Shown here: positions 25,919-39,300 of the stretch, in pieces
Position numbering within the stretch: the stretch's first letter is position 1
Layout of the letters: each line of letters opens with the position of its first letter
Source of the DNA: Phoronis australis
Lineage: Eukaryota; Animalia; Phoronida
Direction: 5' to 3'
Assembly: GCA_002633005.1 (NCBI GenBank)
Contig: NMRA01000111.1
Location: forward strand, 152,866-216,865
DNA length: 64,000 bases
Notes under the pieces: generated by a model
What the model was told of the DNA's origin: nothing
Seen by the model: the letters and a program-made list of their open reading frames with translations, nothing else
Databases searched by the model: none
Translations under genes and position numbers: made by a program

Positions 25919-28146
25919 GTAAACATGTTGATGCTTCATTCAATGTTTCTGCAAGATGGAAGATTTTCTTTACTAGTTACAGAATATTTGCTCTTAGCTG
26001 CGATTTGGAACTGTCAGTCTAGCTGTTTTAAAATCTTTGTATGCCTGTTACCTATTTTATTACTTGTACTTGTATCTTTCAAGTATAGTTCCTTAGTTAT
26101 CACTAGTTGAGAACACAGAACAAGTTTTATCAGTCATAAGTTACAGCCGTCTAAGACTTAATGTTGTTTGCTGTTAATTTTCCTAAGGCCCTGAAGGTGG
26201 CAGTTAGTGGCAGTTAGCTGCAGCAGTCGTTTTATTGGTGCACTACTGAAAATCAAACTAAAAATCAGATGAATATGCAAATTTTGAACCAGCATTTATA
26301 AGTATGGATCAGGACTATAAATGTTCGCTATAAACTAAAAATTGTGCATTAAAATCTGTTTAGTTTAAAAAAGAATTGTGAGGTTGTTTTGAAAAAAAAA
26401 TACCAGGCTTCTTTGAATTCAGATTTTATTCTATGGCGTTTGTAATGATATGTCTTCTCTAAATTTTCAAAAATGGAATTATGTAAAGAAATGGCTTAGT
26501 TACAAATTTCGGGGGTATCTCATGGCCGCATCACTAAATTCCAGGTTCTGGATCCAATAAAACCTAGTACTGCCGGTACCAGCAAACACCAAAACCTTGT
26601 ACAGGTAGAGTACTATGAAATTGCATACCCCTGTCCCTAAACCTGAAAATTCTTCGTACTCATGAATCAAACTCTGAACAAGGGCAGCGCAGCACTGAAA
26701 AACTGTGGGGCTGAAGCCCCCTCAGCCCCCCTGTGGTGCATCGCTTATAGACCATGTGCGGCGTAGCCCCCTATGGTGCACCGCCCATGCTGAACCATGG
26801 GTTCAGAAGAGCAGTCTCGCTGGGAGCTTGGTCACCAGTTTCGGGGGCGTGTATAGGAGTTCAGGGTTGTAGAGTGTGGAAATTCTCCCGCGAGTTTTGT
26901 GTTTGCTTGTCGGGGCTACGGTTTAGAGATCGCGATTGAATTTTTGAGGTTCGGCCATGAAATTGTTTCCACCCCCTAAGTCTGTTGAGAAAAGAAATGA
27001 TTGTGTTACTCCCCCGACTATGTTACCTCAGTGTCGCCCTGCTAAGTGGAGCAGCACCTTACTTATATGTTACCTACCTTATTTCAAGGTGCTCCAAAAC
27101 TCGGTGCAAGTGTTGGTTTGTTGAAAATGGATTTACAATAAATAAACAGTTAACTAATTGCGTGTTTCTTGTAATTAAGTGGTCGTAGGAACAATATGAG
27201 CGTGAAAATGTTTTTCTGAGGTCAGCCTCGGGCGCAGAATTGAATCCGTAACGCGCCCCGCTGTCATAGTGGTAGTGAAACGCTCTATTAGCAGAGCTAA
27301 ATACCACCTGGGCAGAAGGCAAGAAACTGACGAATATGTTTCAATTAGTAATTTCCAGTTTCCTCTTTTTCATCTCCTTTCGAATAATTGTTTTTTGAGT
27401 TTGTTCATGCAAAAATATTTCTTGGAGTTAAATTTACAACATATATGACATAAGCCTGTTAATTTGTCACCTGGAAATTTCCCCTTTTTGTCGTTGGTCA
27501 TTCCAAGCACTGGGGAACGTAAAAATGCACTATTCAGCATGTTAGTGCTTGCGTCTACTTACAAGTGGGGTGCTCAATGGTTATTTGGATGCCACTTATG
27601 GAGAATCGAGCAAAACTGTTAATTGAACCTGTGTTTCGACCTTTCACTCTCATAAAATCAGTGTCGGTCACACTCCTAAAACGATAGTCTCCTGCACAGA
27701 CCCTCTAGATTGGTTGGGGGCCCTTCACAAGCTATTCGTAACGTCAGCGCGTGAGGCCCGAGAACCAGGTTATTAAAGCGATGGAAGATTTACTTCCGCG
27801 GCACTAAAGGTTAAACATCAAAACCATCACAGATTCAAGAAAATGCTTCAGTGTTTATTCAGTGGGGTTGTTCAATCTTGAAGGCGAAGGCAACCTTTTT
27901 CCATGTCATTTTGAGTTAAAATAAGGTTGGTTGGTTATCCTAGACATATTTTCCACTTAATTACAGCTTTTCGTAATTTTATTAATTACTCGTCCGCTAC
28001 TCCGGAAGTGACGTTTTAGGAGGCAAGCATTTTGCGCCAATTTCTTTTCATATAGTCTGACTGTGAGAGCTGCCGAGTCACTCATTGTTCTGCCTCGGTT
28101 GTGTTAAGTTCCGTCGTCGTTTACTTTTGTTTACAAGTCAGTCAGC

Positions 28147-28950
28147 ATGCCACGCTGTTGCTGCGTGCCGGGATGTACTCATTATTGTATCACACGCGCT
28201 TTGGGTACCTTGCGTCGCTTTCCGAAGGATGACACACTTCGCCGTACTTGGCTAGCTCGTTCATGTGAAGAACGCAGCGCCCCCCCCCCCCCCCGCCCAC
28301 GCAACGTTCAAAGCAGTGAAGGGTTACCGAGTGTGTGGCAAGCATTTTCTGCAGTCAGATTATGACAGAGATATGTACGCTGAATTGATGAAGGCCCTGC
28401 GAAACAACGCCTGAAGAAGGGTACCATACCGTCACTGTTGCTTCCCCGCAGTTCCCCGTCGCCAACCCCGAGAAGTGCGTTTCTGAAGCGAGAAGCCTCG
28501 CGAGCTGTGGCCAGTACAGTGACTGGAGCCAGGGGAGGCACCTCATCTACTGTCACCCGTGCCTCCGAACGTAACCCAGAGCGTGCAATTCCTGGAACCA
28601 GTAGTGATTCGCCCTGTGCTGTTTTCTCCAGCCCAGAGCCTCTAAGCAGCCCTGCAGCGATATTGAGTAGTGGGAGTGATTACAGGCCCAGTTCGACACC
28701 CAGTGAAGAGGACAGTTCGTCGTCCAGTGAACAGATCGGTGAGCCAAACTTTGATAAGTTTATTGTGGACTTGTCTAAAGTGTTGGAGCTATTTAGAAGG
28801 TGCCAGGTGTGTGGCGAGGGAGTCACACGACACGATGTAAGCAGTTTGGGTGCTCAGGTCACCATCCAGTGGGAGTGTGTCGCGGGACACTCTGGCAAGT
28901 GGGACAGTTGTTCCTCTGTCCGTGGTATGCCGGAGGTCCACTTAACCATG
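28147..28950 (+). pseudogene. THAP-domain Kolobok-like transposase, frameshifted and truncated
   Basis: MPRCCCVPGC...RRFPKDDTLRRTW, a frameshift near the poly-C run, RVCGKHF...LKKGTIPSL, a Ser-rich linker, then KFIVDLSKVLELFRRCQVCG...ECVAGHSGKW. No DDE core follows. Confidence 0.75.
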
Positions 28951-29267
28951 TCCAGTAGTGGCTTGGCCTCGTCGAACTCTGAACAGCACAAGCATTCCAT
29001 TGAGGTAGGCATAACAACGCACACAGTGCATTTGCACCAAGATGTGTCACCACGTCTGTCCTCAGTAGCCGCCTCGTTTCTCTCAACAGCTGCCTGTGCC
29101 TGTGCGTACTCTGCCGCGTTATACTCGGGCTCAAACATGTACCCACCCACTGAATGTCCGTGAAAAAATTCCTCGTCACCACTGCTGTGAACAAGGTCTC
29201 CGTCACTCACACTAATGTCACTGTGATACGGGTCACCGACTCCACCCATTTTCAGCTTACAACACAC
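28945..29267 (-). pseudogene. Truncated second (KolX-like) ORF with Cys-rich motif resembling the P2X7 C-terminal ballast/nanor-like domain
   Basis: GYMFEPEY...RRGDTSWCKCTVCVVMPTSMECLCCSEF: a Y-x-F-E-P motif followed by WCxCxxCxxMxTxxECxCCxE. Confidence 0.7.
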
Positions 29268-30769
29268 TAAACAATCCCTAAATCCAACGTAGTTGAGTTC
29301 TCTACTAACCTATCTTGCCGCAGAATACTCGCCGATGGAAAGTGGTAGCGACAATTATTGAAAAACAGCACAAAACAAAAGTAGAATAGAACAGATTCGC
29401 ACGGTAAAGTCAACGCAAAACCAAGTGGCGGGAAACGCTTGCCTCCTAAAACGTCACTTCCGGAGTAGCGGACGAGTAATTTCTAAAATTACGAAAAGCT
29501 GTAATTAAGTGGAAAATATGTCTAGGATAACCAACCAACCAACCTTATTTTAGCTCAAAATGACATGGAAAATGGTTGCCTTCGCCTTTAATTGCTGCCA
29601 TATTCGACAAAATTCAACTGAGATCGAATGAGCATGGCTATGTTTTTTTGTGAATACCCAAGGCAGGGGAGAAATGCCGGTGCTTCAGAAGATGGGAGGC
29701 AATTTCATTTTTGTCTCGCTTTCGGCCATTCACTGATAAATTCGACTTAGATAGCCGGACAAACTGAATGTTCGAATCAGTGCTAAAACGATGCTGTAGG
29801 CTGCAGTTTCCCCGTGTTTAGCTGACCCAAAAAAACGTAAGTCGAAATTTACCCTCTTCGAATAAAATCGGTGTACAGTTTGTTCGTACGGTATATCGTA
29901 CGTATTTCACCAACTTTTTCGTTAACAAGAGCATCGAATCCATCACGGCGGACTCGAGACGCGCAACACCGTGTACTTTATTGGGTTAATTGTGTGAGAC
30001 AATTTATAAGAGCCAATGGTCCAATACGATTTACTTTTATTGGCAGGCCAAACACTGAGGGAAAATGTAGTTTAAGCGACTGAAAATTAGCTCGCATCAG
30101 TTTGAATCGATCAGCCCCGGCCGCAGGCGCTTGTTTTTGTTTGAATATTTTTCAGGCTTACGCAGAAGGAACTCACGGTCAGGGCCGAGAAACATACCGT
30201 ATGTACGACTATAATCATCGGGATTAGGTCCTTACGGGACTCGGGGAAGCATATTGGGAAAGGCGACTCAGGCTGTTCAGTGCCGGGAATGACACTGAGG
30301 ATGTGGCCCGTTTCACGGAAAGTTCTACCGGTGGCGCTCCGAGAGTAAAAGGTCGCGCTTCCTGGAATTCCCGCCATTTGTTGTCGGCTGAACCGTTCTC
30401 TTTTTATAGACTAAATCAGTTCCTCCGATCCCAGATGTAAGAGTTTCCATCATGACGTGCGACTTGCAGAAAATCCGAGGCACCCGTTTTCTCTAACTTT
30501 TTGTCTCATCACCGACCGGTTCGTCTGCTTGCATGTCAAATGCCATGACCAGCGGTCGCGGCTGAAATTGACTACGCTCGGTGTAAGTACACCTTAGTAT
30601 TCGATTTTTAAGCTCATACGAGTGACCAAGATCTACTGTTCATGACCAAGATCTGAGAATTCGTCGAAATTATTAAAATTAGCACGGCATTAGCGGCCTT
30701 TTCATGACATCCACCGTGACTGAATCGCCATGCCTTCGACGTTGAGCACCGACGTAGATCTTTCAGTGC

Positions 30770-30855
30770 AAGGGGCCAATGTATCAACCAATGAAACCAA
30801 CCTAATTACGTAAACGAAACGATGCATTGTGGGAAAATATATCCAAGATGGCAAC
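30770..30855 (+). promoter_or_regulatory. Proximal promoter of the CK1alpha gene
   Basis: Two CCAAT boxes (~30776, ~30788), ZNF143/SBS-like TTCCCACAATGCA on the - strand (~30823-30835) and YY1-like CAAGATGGC (~30844), in CpG-rich sequence ~100-170 bp upstream of the ATG. Confidence 0.55.
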
Positions 30856-30944
30856 CGTTCTCGTCTGAGATTTTATCAAATATTGGATCGTAAAACGCCC
30901 TGTTTGAGGAGTATTTCTCCGTTTTGGGACTAAAAGCTGTGGAC

Positions 30945-31928
30945 ATGGCTGAACAAGCGAGTGCTCAGCGCGGATCCTCCCGATCAGAGGTCAATGTTGG
31001 CTGTAATAAGTACCGTTTGGTAAGAAAAATCGGGAGCGGTTCATTTGGTGACATTTACTTGGCGATGAATCTGACAAATGGGGAAGAAGTTGCCGTGAAA
31101 ATGGAACGGACAAAAGCTAAACACCCTCAGTTAACATATGAAAGTAAATTGTATAAAATTCTGCAAGGAGGGGTTGGTATTCCTCACGTTAGATGGTTTG
31201 GTACAGAAAAGGATTATAACATTTTGATCCTGGATTTGCTGGGTCCAAGTTTGGAAGATTTGTTCAATTTCTGTTCTCGAAAATTCACAATGAAAACTGT
31301 ACTTATGCTTGCGGATCAAATGATAAGCCGTGTGGAGTTTGTTCACAATAAAAACTTTATTCATCGGGATATAAAGCCGGACAATTTCCTCATGGGAATT
31401 GGGAGACACTGCAACAAACTTTTCATCATTGATTTTGGCTTGGCAAAGAAGTATCGTGAAACACGATCTAAAACCCATATCCCATACCGTGAGGACAAGA
31501 ACTTGACAGGAACTGCTCGGTATGCCAGCATAAATGCCCATCTTGGAATTGAGCAAAGCCGTCGTGATGACATGGAGTCGCTTGGATACGTGTTAATGTA
31601 CTTCAACCGATGTGGTCTCCCCTGGCAAGGCCTGAAAGCTGTCACGAAGAAACAGAAATATGAGAAAATCAGCGAGAAAAAGATGTCAACTCCAGTCGAA
31701 GTGCTATGTAAAAGCTTTCCAGCAGAGTTTGCTATGTACCTGAACTACTGCCGTAATCTAAGGTTCGTTGAAGCTCCCGACTATATGTACCTACGGCAAT
31801 TGTTCCGCATCCTGTTCCGCACGCTCAAGTACCAGTATGACTACACCTTTGACTGGACGCTACTGAAGCAGCAAGGTGCTGACATGAAAACACTAAATGC
31901 TCAATGTAGCGGTCATGGACACCTCTGA
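30945..31928 (+). CDS. CSNK1A1: Casein kinase I isoform alpha-like, single coding exon (327 aa from ATG 30945)
   Basis: Uninterrupted ORF with CK1 hallmarks [54 protein letters not shown] and the alpha-type MGIGRHCNK and FRILFRTL motifs. The track ORF starts at a TTG (30924); the first ATG is at 30945. AATAAA at ~32330 and ~32451. Confidence 0.95.
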   Translation: MAEQASAQRGSSRSEVNVGCNKYRLVRKIGSGSFGDIYLAMNLTNGEEVAVKMERTKAKHPQLTYESKLYKILQGGVGIPHVRWFGTEKDYNILILDLLGPSLEDLFNFCSRKFTMKTVLMLADQMISRVEFVHNKNFIHRDIKPDNFLMGIGRHCNKLFIIDFGLAKKYRETRSKTHIPYREDKNLTGTARYASINAHLGIEQSRRDDMESLGYVLMYFNRCGLPWQGLKAVTKKQKYEKISEKKMSTPVEVLCKSFPAEFAMYLNYCRNLRFVEAPDYMYLRQLFRILFRTLKYQYDYTFDWTLLKQQGADMKTLNAQCSGHGHL

Positions 31929-33543
31929 TTAAGTCAACCTTAATGATGTGTGCCATGACTGAGACTGTCAAGTCGTATGCTTAGTACCAACAAGATTTCT
32001 ACTGTTGTTTCAATGGGCATAGCTGAAAGACATTTTTTTCTTGCTGTTCTTCTCATACCATATTTGGAAAGGATGTGGCATATGAGCACTGTACAACAGT
32101 GTTGGATTGTAAACGAACATTGTTATTACTCTAATTATCTGTCTCAAATAGCCCCAAATTATTCCCTGTTGCGTGCTTTAAGTAGGTTAAGCTGGTCCCA
32201 TCAGTTAAGTATTTATTTGAATGACTTGATTATTTTGCTGGGCTGCAAATGTTTAACTTCCATGCCCCCTGTGTTAATGTTAACAATGTTTGTATTTAGT
32301 CATTTGTAGAACAAACTTTTATGTTATTAAAATAAAGACATATCTATGAAATCTCTAATCTTGAAAATTTTACTTTGATCATTATCAGTTCCAACTGTAC
32401 AGTTATTATTTGTTTACTGTTTGCAGTTGTGGAACGCATAAGCATTGCTTAATAAAAGAATGAGTGAAATGTGTGACTGTGACCCTTGCTCAAGAAGTTT
32501 GCTTGAAATTTCCAGTAAGCTGGACAACATGCTAAAAACTGGTGATATCCAAAATGGCAATATCTAAGAAAAAACTTTCTTTATCACATGGATACGAATT
32601 GAGCATTCAATCTTGTTTTCAGAGGTTGGGAGTTGTGTTCAACTCTTCCTCGGTGTCTAACCACACTGGAAAGTATGTAATGTAAAAGCAATAACAAGGT
32701 ACTTAAAGGTAGACTTCACCGAAAGTACATGTATTGAAATATAGGTTCATGTAGAAGAGGTATTTCTTGGGTGGTAGTCAAACAAGACATTGTAGGTACA
32801 GTCAAACCTGGTTACAATGTTAATCAAGAGATCTTCAAAATCTAGGTTTTTTTAACCAGTGTAGACTTGCATACATGAGGTAAAATTGGGACTTGAAAGT
32901 TTGTACCTAACAGTGCTGTTAACATTCTAAAGGGGTGTGTTTTATGTTTGAGTAAAGTTCATCTAGTTGGCGATTTTTTTGTCTTGGTTGCCTCTGTTGG
33001 TGATGTGAATGGTGTGGCTTTGTGTTTAAACAAGACTTCCACAAGGACGTGCATATAGCATCAGTGGCCTGTTTGAAATATTACCTAGGGCATATAACTT
33101 CCCAATATAGCATGGTCAAAACTCCCATTACCAAACATGATTGTGATTTGAAAAACGCTGTTTAAGTAAATTGGCGAATTTGTTGGGCGTCAACCCATGC
33201 TTTGTGTACAAACTTTGAATTTGTTTTTTGGAAGCAAAAGTAATTGTATTATCTCAGTCCAAAGGGATCAACGTCAGACTATGTATCCTGCAACTTTGTC
33301 ATTGTAATGTTTTGATCACCAACAGAAAGAATGGTCAACATTGATTTGACCAGGATTAGTATACTGATCCCAATGCTGTCCACACATTTGTTCTGTAGTC
33401 CACTGTTAAGATTTAGAAGTGTAATTTCCACTGTTTTGGGATTATTGGCAGTACTGTTCTTCTAAATTGTAATCCCAGTGACTTAAATGCTTGTATCAAT
33501 GGGCAGTCAATCGATGGCTTGGTTACAATGGTTGTCTTGGAAT

Positions 33544-33945
33544 CCCGGGGGGTACCCGGCCATGCTTTAGATGGGAGGGTGAAGCTAGTAAATTAGGAAA
33601 CGCACATATTTAGAGATTTGACTTCAGAACGGAACATTTTTGTAAGAAGCTTCCAAGAAAAAGTCACCATTTTCGTAGGGTTTTGTTCAAAAAACACCCC
33701 CTTTTTGTAGTAATTAATTGCACCGACACAACGTTTTCGCATAGATATTCGGACAGCTGAATTGCTAACATGTGAAACATTTTGGAACGCCGAAAGTGAA
33801 TCTTTTGTAGGAAATTAAACCGGAAAAGGCAGACATTCGTAGAGATCTTTTTTCAGAAAAAGCACCTTTTCATTGGGAAACTGGTCGTGAAAAAGTCACT
33901 TTTTCGGGGACACGTCCCGTATGCTTCTATGGGAGTGCCCCCGGG
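33544..33945. mobile_element. CCCGGGGGG-terminus MITE
   Basis: CCCGGGGGGTAC ... GTGCCCCCGGG; imperfect 8-bp flanks CTTGGAAT / CTGGGGAT. Confidence 0.55.
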
Positions 33946-36309
33946 CTGGGGATACTTGCAACACCGTGTTGTAAGAGGGCACCATAAACTACTGACCCGC
34001 TGTGCTTTTTGTTGTGTTCCAAGGTATCTGTACGGTGTGAAATATAAAATCAATTTTTTTTGTTTACACCTGTGTCATTTTAAGCATTTTTTCCTGTTGG
34101 GTTACGTCATAATTTGACTCGATTAAAAATGTCGGCTTCACTTAATTGATTCAGAAAATAGTTGACGACGGCAAACATCTTTAGTTGATGACGTTCGACA
34201 TTTTGTAATTCAAAATGCCGTGCACGTGTTATTTATTGAAAAATAAATGTCTGTCAGACTCTGGGGTCACCCTGAAAAATGTATGTTCAGTTTCCAAGCG
34301 CAGTTATTGCCTTTGAACAATTTTTAGTAGGTTAATTTACTCCCCATTTCGGAAGAGGTCGCATACGCATATTTCGCATTGTGTACGTCATCAGTAATAA
34401 TTTAACAAAATAATGCGATGTTTCTCAAAATATTTTATGTATAGGCGGTGATTACTCGACTTACTTCATATTGGAGTTCAGGATTATGAATAACACAAGT
34501 AATAAAAGACCGTTGTGTTTGTGGTATTGCTTTTGACAACACTGGCGATGCAACAAAAATTCGCTTTATGGTTGCCCGGTATCGGAAACAATAACCAACG
34601 AAGCTATTCTGTATGCCACCGTTTAATCGCGTTTCCTTTATGAATGGTGTCGGTCTACGTTTCCAGGGTTCTAATGTTTCTAGATGGTCTGCATCTTTGT
34701 CAGGGTTGTATGTAATAGTCACATTAATGTAGACTGTTAGGCGTAAGGGGTGGGAGGTTGGTGTTTGTCACAACGGTTCTAAAACAAGGTACACAAACTC
34801 TGTTACTCGGAAACAGGAAAATAATTCAAAACAATTGTTGGAAACAAAATCGTGTTGCAACAATTCTATCTTGTTTTTTTTTGTCTTACCTACTGTATTT
34901 TCTATTAACTATTATATTCAACTGCCAAGGGCCTTGATGTCAATGAGATTGCGAGAGATTTTACATGGTGTCCTAAATCACTGAATTGCGATAAGTGTCA
35001 ACATTTTCAACATAACTCAAGGTAGTGTAATTGATGCCCAGTGACGAAGCGCTCCGTTTCGTGAATCATAAGTGTCAAATTAGAGTCTGTGGTTTCAAAC
35101 AGTGTCTTCTCGACTTATCTGAAATCCCGACCTTCAATGTCTGTGAATCAATAGGATAAGAAAGTTTTGTAGAGAGTGAAGAACATGTGAGAAGTCGCAC
35201 CCCCACCCCTGCCAACCGTCCCCACCCTTCCAATCGCGTCACTCCTCCAAAGAAAATGATTTGAAGCATTGCCACCGCTTTAGCTGAAGGTGAAATTTTG
35301 TTCAGTCTAAAAAAAGCAAAAATAAACTGCCTGTTCACCGCAACAGTTTTCAAAACAACCACAGACAAGGACCAAATCTCGAGTAGTGCCCGACCCCGAA
35401 AACAGTCATTAGTCGTAGAAGTAGAACAACCCCTGTGAATACTATAGGCCCTCCGGTTAAACCTGGGTTTAATATATTAAGACTTTCCAGTGTGAATATA
35501 CGTATTCACTTAATAATTTACCAATATCAATTTATACAATTTTGGTTACTCAAGAATTCTTTACTAAAGACCGGCTAGGAAACGGTCCTCTGCAGTGATA
35601 TTTTCAAAGTGAAGTCAATATGATGAACTTGGAGTTATGCGTGCACCCCTTTAAATAGACTGAACCTTGCATTTCACGCTCAGTTAATTCGCACGGAGGA
35701 AACCTGTAACTGTGGACCATTATGGGTCGATGCAGGTGGTGGTAAATGGGGTTCCTACTTTTCGTTTTCACCATCTTACCATTACGTTATCTTTTATTCT
35801 GCAATGATTTCTAGTGAAGAACAGTGTTTGCCATAAACGCAAAAGACCCGCGTCGCTTTGGCTTACAACATGAGTGGCTATGGATTTATTCACTCGTAAA
35901 CATCTAGTGGTTATTACGTTGTGATCTCGGATTAAAGTCTCTACCTGGTGAGATTACTCAATACAGCTGTAGCAAGCTCAGACGATACATATTTGCTCTA
36001 ATCCAGGATTAGCAGTAAAATTGACACTTCTTGACAAAGTGTGGCTACTAGCGGTTGCAATTCAAACCGTCTTGTACTAGACTGGATAGTTTGACACTTC
36101 GACAGCGGCGAGACTGTGTTACTGTTTAGCCTGCGGCCGTACGATTTTCTGTCAAGACCAATGTGGTAGCTAATTAGCACTGTGATTGTTTGGTTCAGAT
36201 TTACCATCAAGAGATCGGTAAATGGTTTTATGGTCCCCTACTGAATTGGATGGTTCTGTGGCAGACTATTTACCGTGTTTGTGGTTAGAAACTTGTTGAA
36301 ATACACACG

Positions 36310-39300
36310 ATGACAAAAAGTGCACCACCGTACAGGGACCCAAATCCCTCATTTATCACCGTCAAGTTTGGAGGTAAGTACACTAATGAGAAACGAAAAT
36401 TATATCTTTTAACATCATCTTAGATTTGTCAATTGAAGTGTCGAAGTCATCGAATTATTATTAAAAGAACTACTTTGGATGCCGGTTTTTGTGGTTCATC
36501 ATTTTTAACAAATTTTGCTCTATAACCATGTTTCCAAATATTTGTTGACAAAAGATGGTTCAAGTGACACCGCTTATAAAAGGTGTTATCTTTATTACTT
36601 CGTGCACATAGGTAACTCGAACTCGTAAATAAAATGTGAAAAAGATTTAAGATTACTATGAGAGATAGGTCAGGCAATATAAATCTTAAGTCATCTTTCA
36701 TTTCAACCATCTCGGTTGCACTCGGGTTAATCGCAGAACAATTTTTAGTTTCTTGGTAACGTAAATGCTGTTAGTATTTGTGAATGAAGCCTTACAAATA
36801 ATTCCTTTAACATAGATTCTACATGGAACATTTAAATATCGGCACTCCACTTACAAATTTACACTTACATTTACAAATATCTGGGAGTATTGGTCCTAGC
36901 AAATATTTACACCAAATCTACAACCGGGAATTTACTTAGTAATGTTAAGTGTTCGTTGCACTTTGTATAGTGATAACGGATACTTCGAAATAGCTTAGGC
37001 GACGATGGCCGCTGAACTGTGAATCTTGCGTTATAGTCCACTGGTAATTTGGTTATCCGGAGCAGTGATATTTACGTTTGATTCCCAAACCGGTACCTAA
37101 CTTTTAAGACCTGTGGTACACATATACCTTAAATATCGACGTGCAGAACATCTGCTATATCCTGTGGTAGGATTTTTTCCTAAGTCGTTCTCCTCGATCT
37201 CCATATTGACTGATGGTCTATGAAAACACCAACACGCTGTTGGACTATTAATTTGGCCTAAAGGTGCGTCACAGGATATTTTTTTTGGGGGTGTCCTATA
37301 AGGTGGAGTGGTTCTCGTTGGGAATGATCACGTTTATTTCCACGTTACAGTCGTGAATGGGGTATCCTCGAGGAAAAAGTGAAACAAAGAAACGAAATGC
37401 GTTCAAACCATTATGATTTGTTTTCAGCTATGCAGCACAGTAGAACGTCGTGTAGCTCGTAATAAGCTATACTGTTGAAATATTGAGAACATCGTTGAGA
37501 TTGTTCCTTGCCATGAATTGCCGAACTTGTAGCACATCAGATTAGCATCTGCTCTCCAAAATAAAGTTGTTGTGGGAGAAGTAGGCGTGACATTTCCTGC
37601 GAGGTGTTCGAAGGTTCCCGAAATATCCCTGAACGCAATTCTAAACACAATTACCTGTTTGTAGGTCCTCGGCAATAAAATGATTCTCATTAAGCTCGTT
37701 TGTATACTTTCAATGTTGGAGATAATGGTATCTTGTATACAATAATCTTGGAAATTAAATCGGAGTTCCCGGAAAGTCTTACTCGCGATTGTTGTTAGAG
37801 AATGCAAGGACACGCGTACTTGGGATTTTTTTCACACGGTTCGAAGATCATGATTTGTTTCGATACATAACATTCTAAAAAATCAATTTAACTTTAATAT
37901 TAGCCGTCCTAGTCGTCAAACTCGGGTCGAATAACTTTAGACACGGATAAAGTTGCGCCTTATAGAAATTCAAATTCGAATTAACATACATGTAGGACGC
38001 GGTACGTAGGCTGCCCTGACAAATGAGCTTGTTCATACATCCGGGTTGGGACTATGCTGGAAGTCATGTGTAAAACGTTTCTGAGTTGGGAGTACACATG
38101 AAAGTGACCATAATCTAATTACACGGGGACCACGGATCGTTTTCCTGCGTCCAATGAGTAAAAATAAGGACCAAATTTTTGTGATAACGACTTGCTGGTT
38201 TTGGCGATTCGTCAAAATTGCGTGTTGCAATACATGGCATAATTACTGAATTACACGCGTTTTACGCTGTTACATGTAGACACCATTTATTCCTCAATTG
38301 GACAATGTAAATGAATCGTCTTATAACAGAAAACAGTCGATTTCATGGTCCTTTGACTTTAAATTTGATCGCTCTTTTGTGTAAGCATTTTGCAAACATT
38401 GGGTTGTTATCATGAAAGTGTTCCTTTTCACCTGCAGCAAAAATCAATTTTCTGTTTGGCATTAAGTAAATGTTATTGTAATGAAAAATCAATCTATTCG
38501 GTGGGAATAAAAAGAAGTCTACCTCCAGGTCAAGCGGCAAAATCCATCCATTGATAGTTACCTAATTTTGATAATGAACACTAATTAGTGGCGTGCTGCG
38601 AACATTATTTCTGGCATCAAATTTCAACCTGTCTATTGTCACCTTTAAGACCATTGATCAGTCTAGTTCTTTCAAATGAGGTCACTACATTGATTCAAAT
38701 AAAGTGATAATTGCTTTTTGACCTTAAAATTATGTGATATTTATGCTATTATTCTCACATTATTATTATCATTAACGTTATCATTATCGTTATTATTATT
38801 ATTATTATCGGTATTATTATTTTTTAAATTATTATTATTATCGTCCTCATTGTTGTTGTTACTGATAGTGTGATGCGTTCCTTTCCTATGCGAAATTCAA
38901 CAAAACATTTGATGCGAAAACTAAGTTCTCCATTCTTGCACTATGTTATTAAAAATACTCGTTTACACAATCCATGTATATAAAACTATGCGGTTTTATC
39001 GAAAATAAAGAAACAATTAATTTGATTCCAGATGGCGAAGAAGCTCTATTCAATCCCGTTTGTAGTACCATGTCTTTACTGGGATGCATACGAAGGACCT
39101 GCAGATGCGACGAAAACGGTAAGAGAGTTTGAATTGTACGATTTAATGATATAGTCAGGAGATGTGTAGGGTCTATGCTAGGACATTTATAGGCGCCCCT
39201 GCTCATAATGACACTCGGTGACATAGTGAACTGGATCTGAGCACTATCATCCAGTGATGTGACGACTTGCTCGCCATCTGCCGTGATAAATGAAGAACTA

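Larger units (their letters stand above)
27882..29587 (+). mobile_element. Internally deleted Kolobok-type DNA transposon with long TIRs
   Basis: ~155-bp TIRs (AGGCGAAGGCAACC... 27882-~28039 and ~29426-29587), flanked by TTGA/TTAA, AG...CT termini. Frameshifted THAP-transposase 5' part on +, convergent Cys-rich ORF on -. Confidence 0.85.

Noticed and set aside
30111-30377. 88-aa divergent protein-coding gene
   Set aside because: No recognisable domain or supporting exons; kept only as part of the unexplained promoter region.
31131-31645. Antisense ORFs over CK1alpha (similarly 25405-25632 and 61564-61821)
   Set aside because: Shadow ORFs of real coding sequence on the opposite strand.
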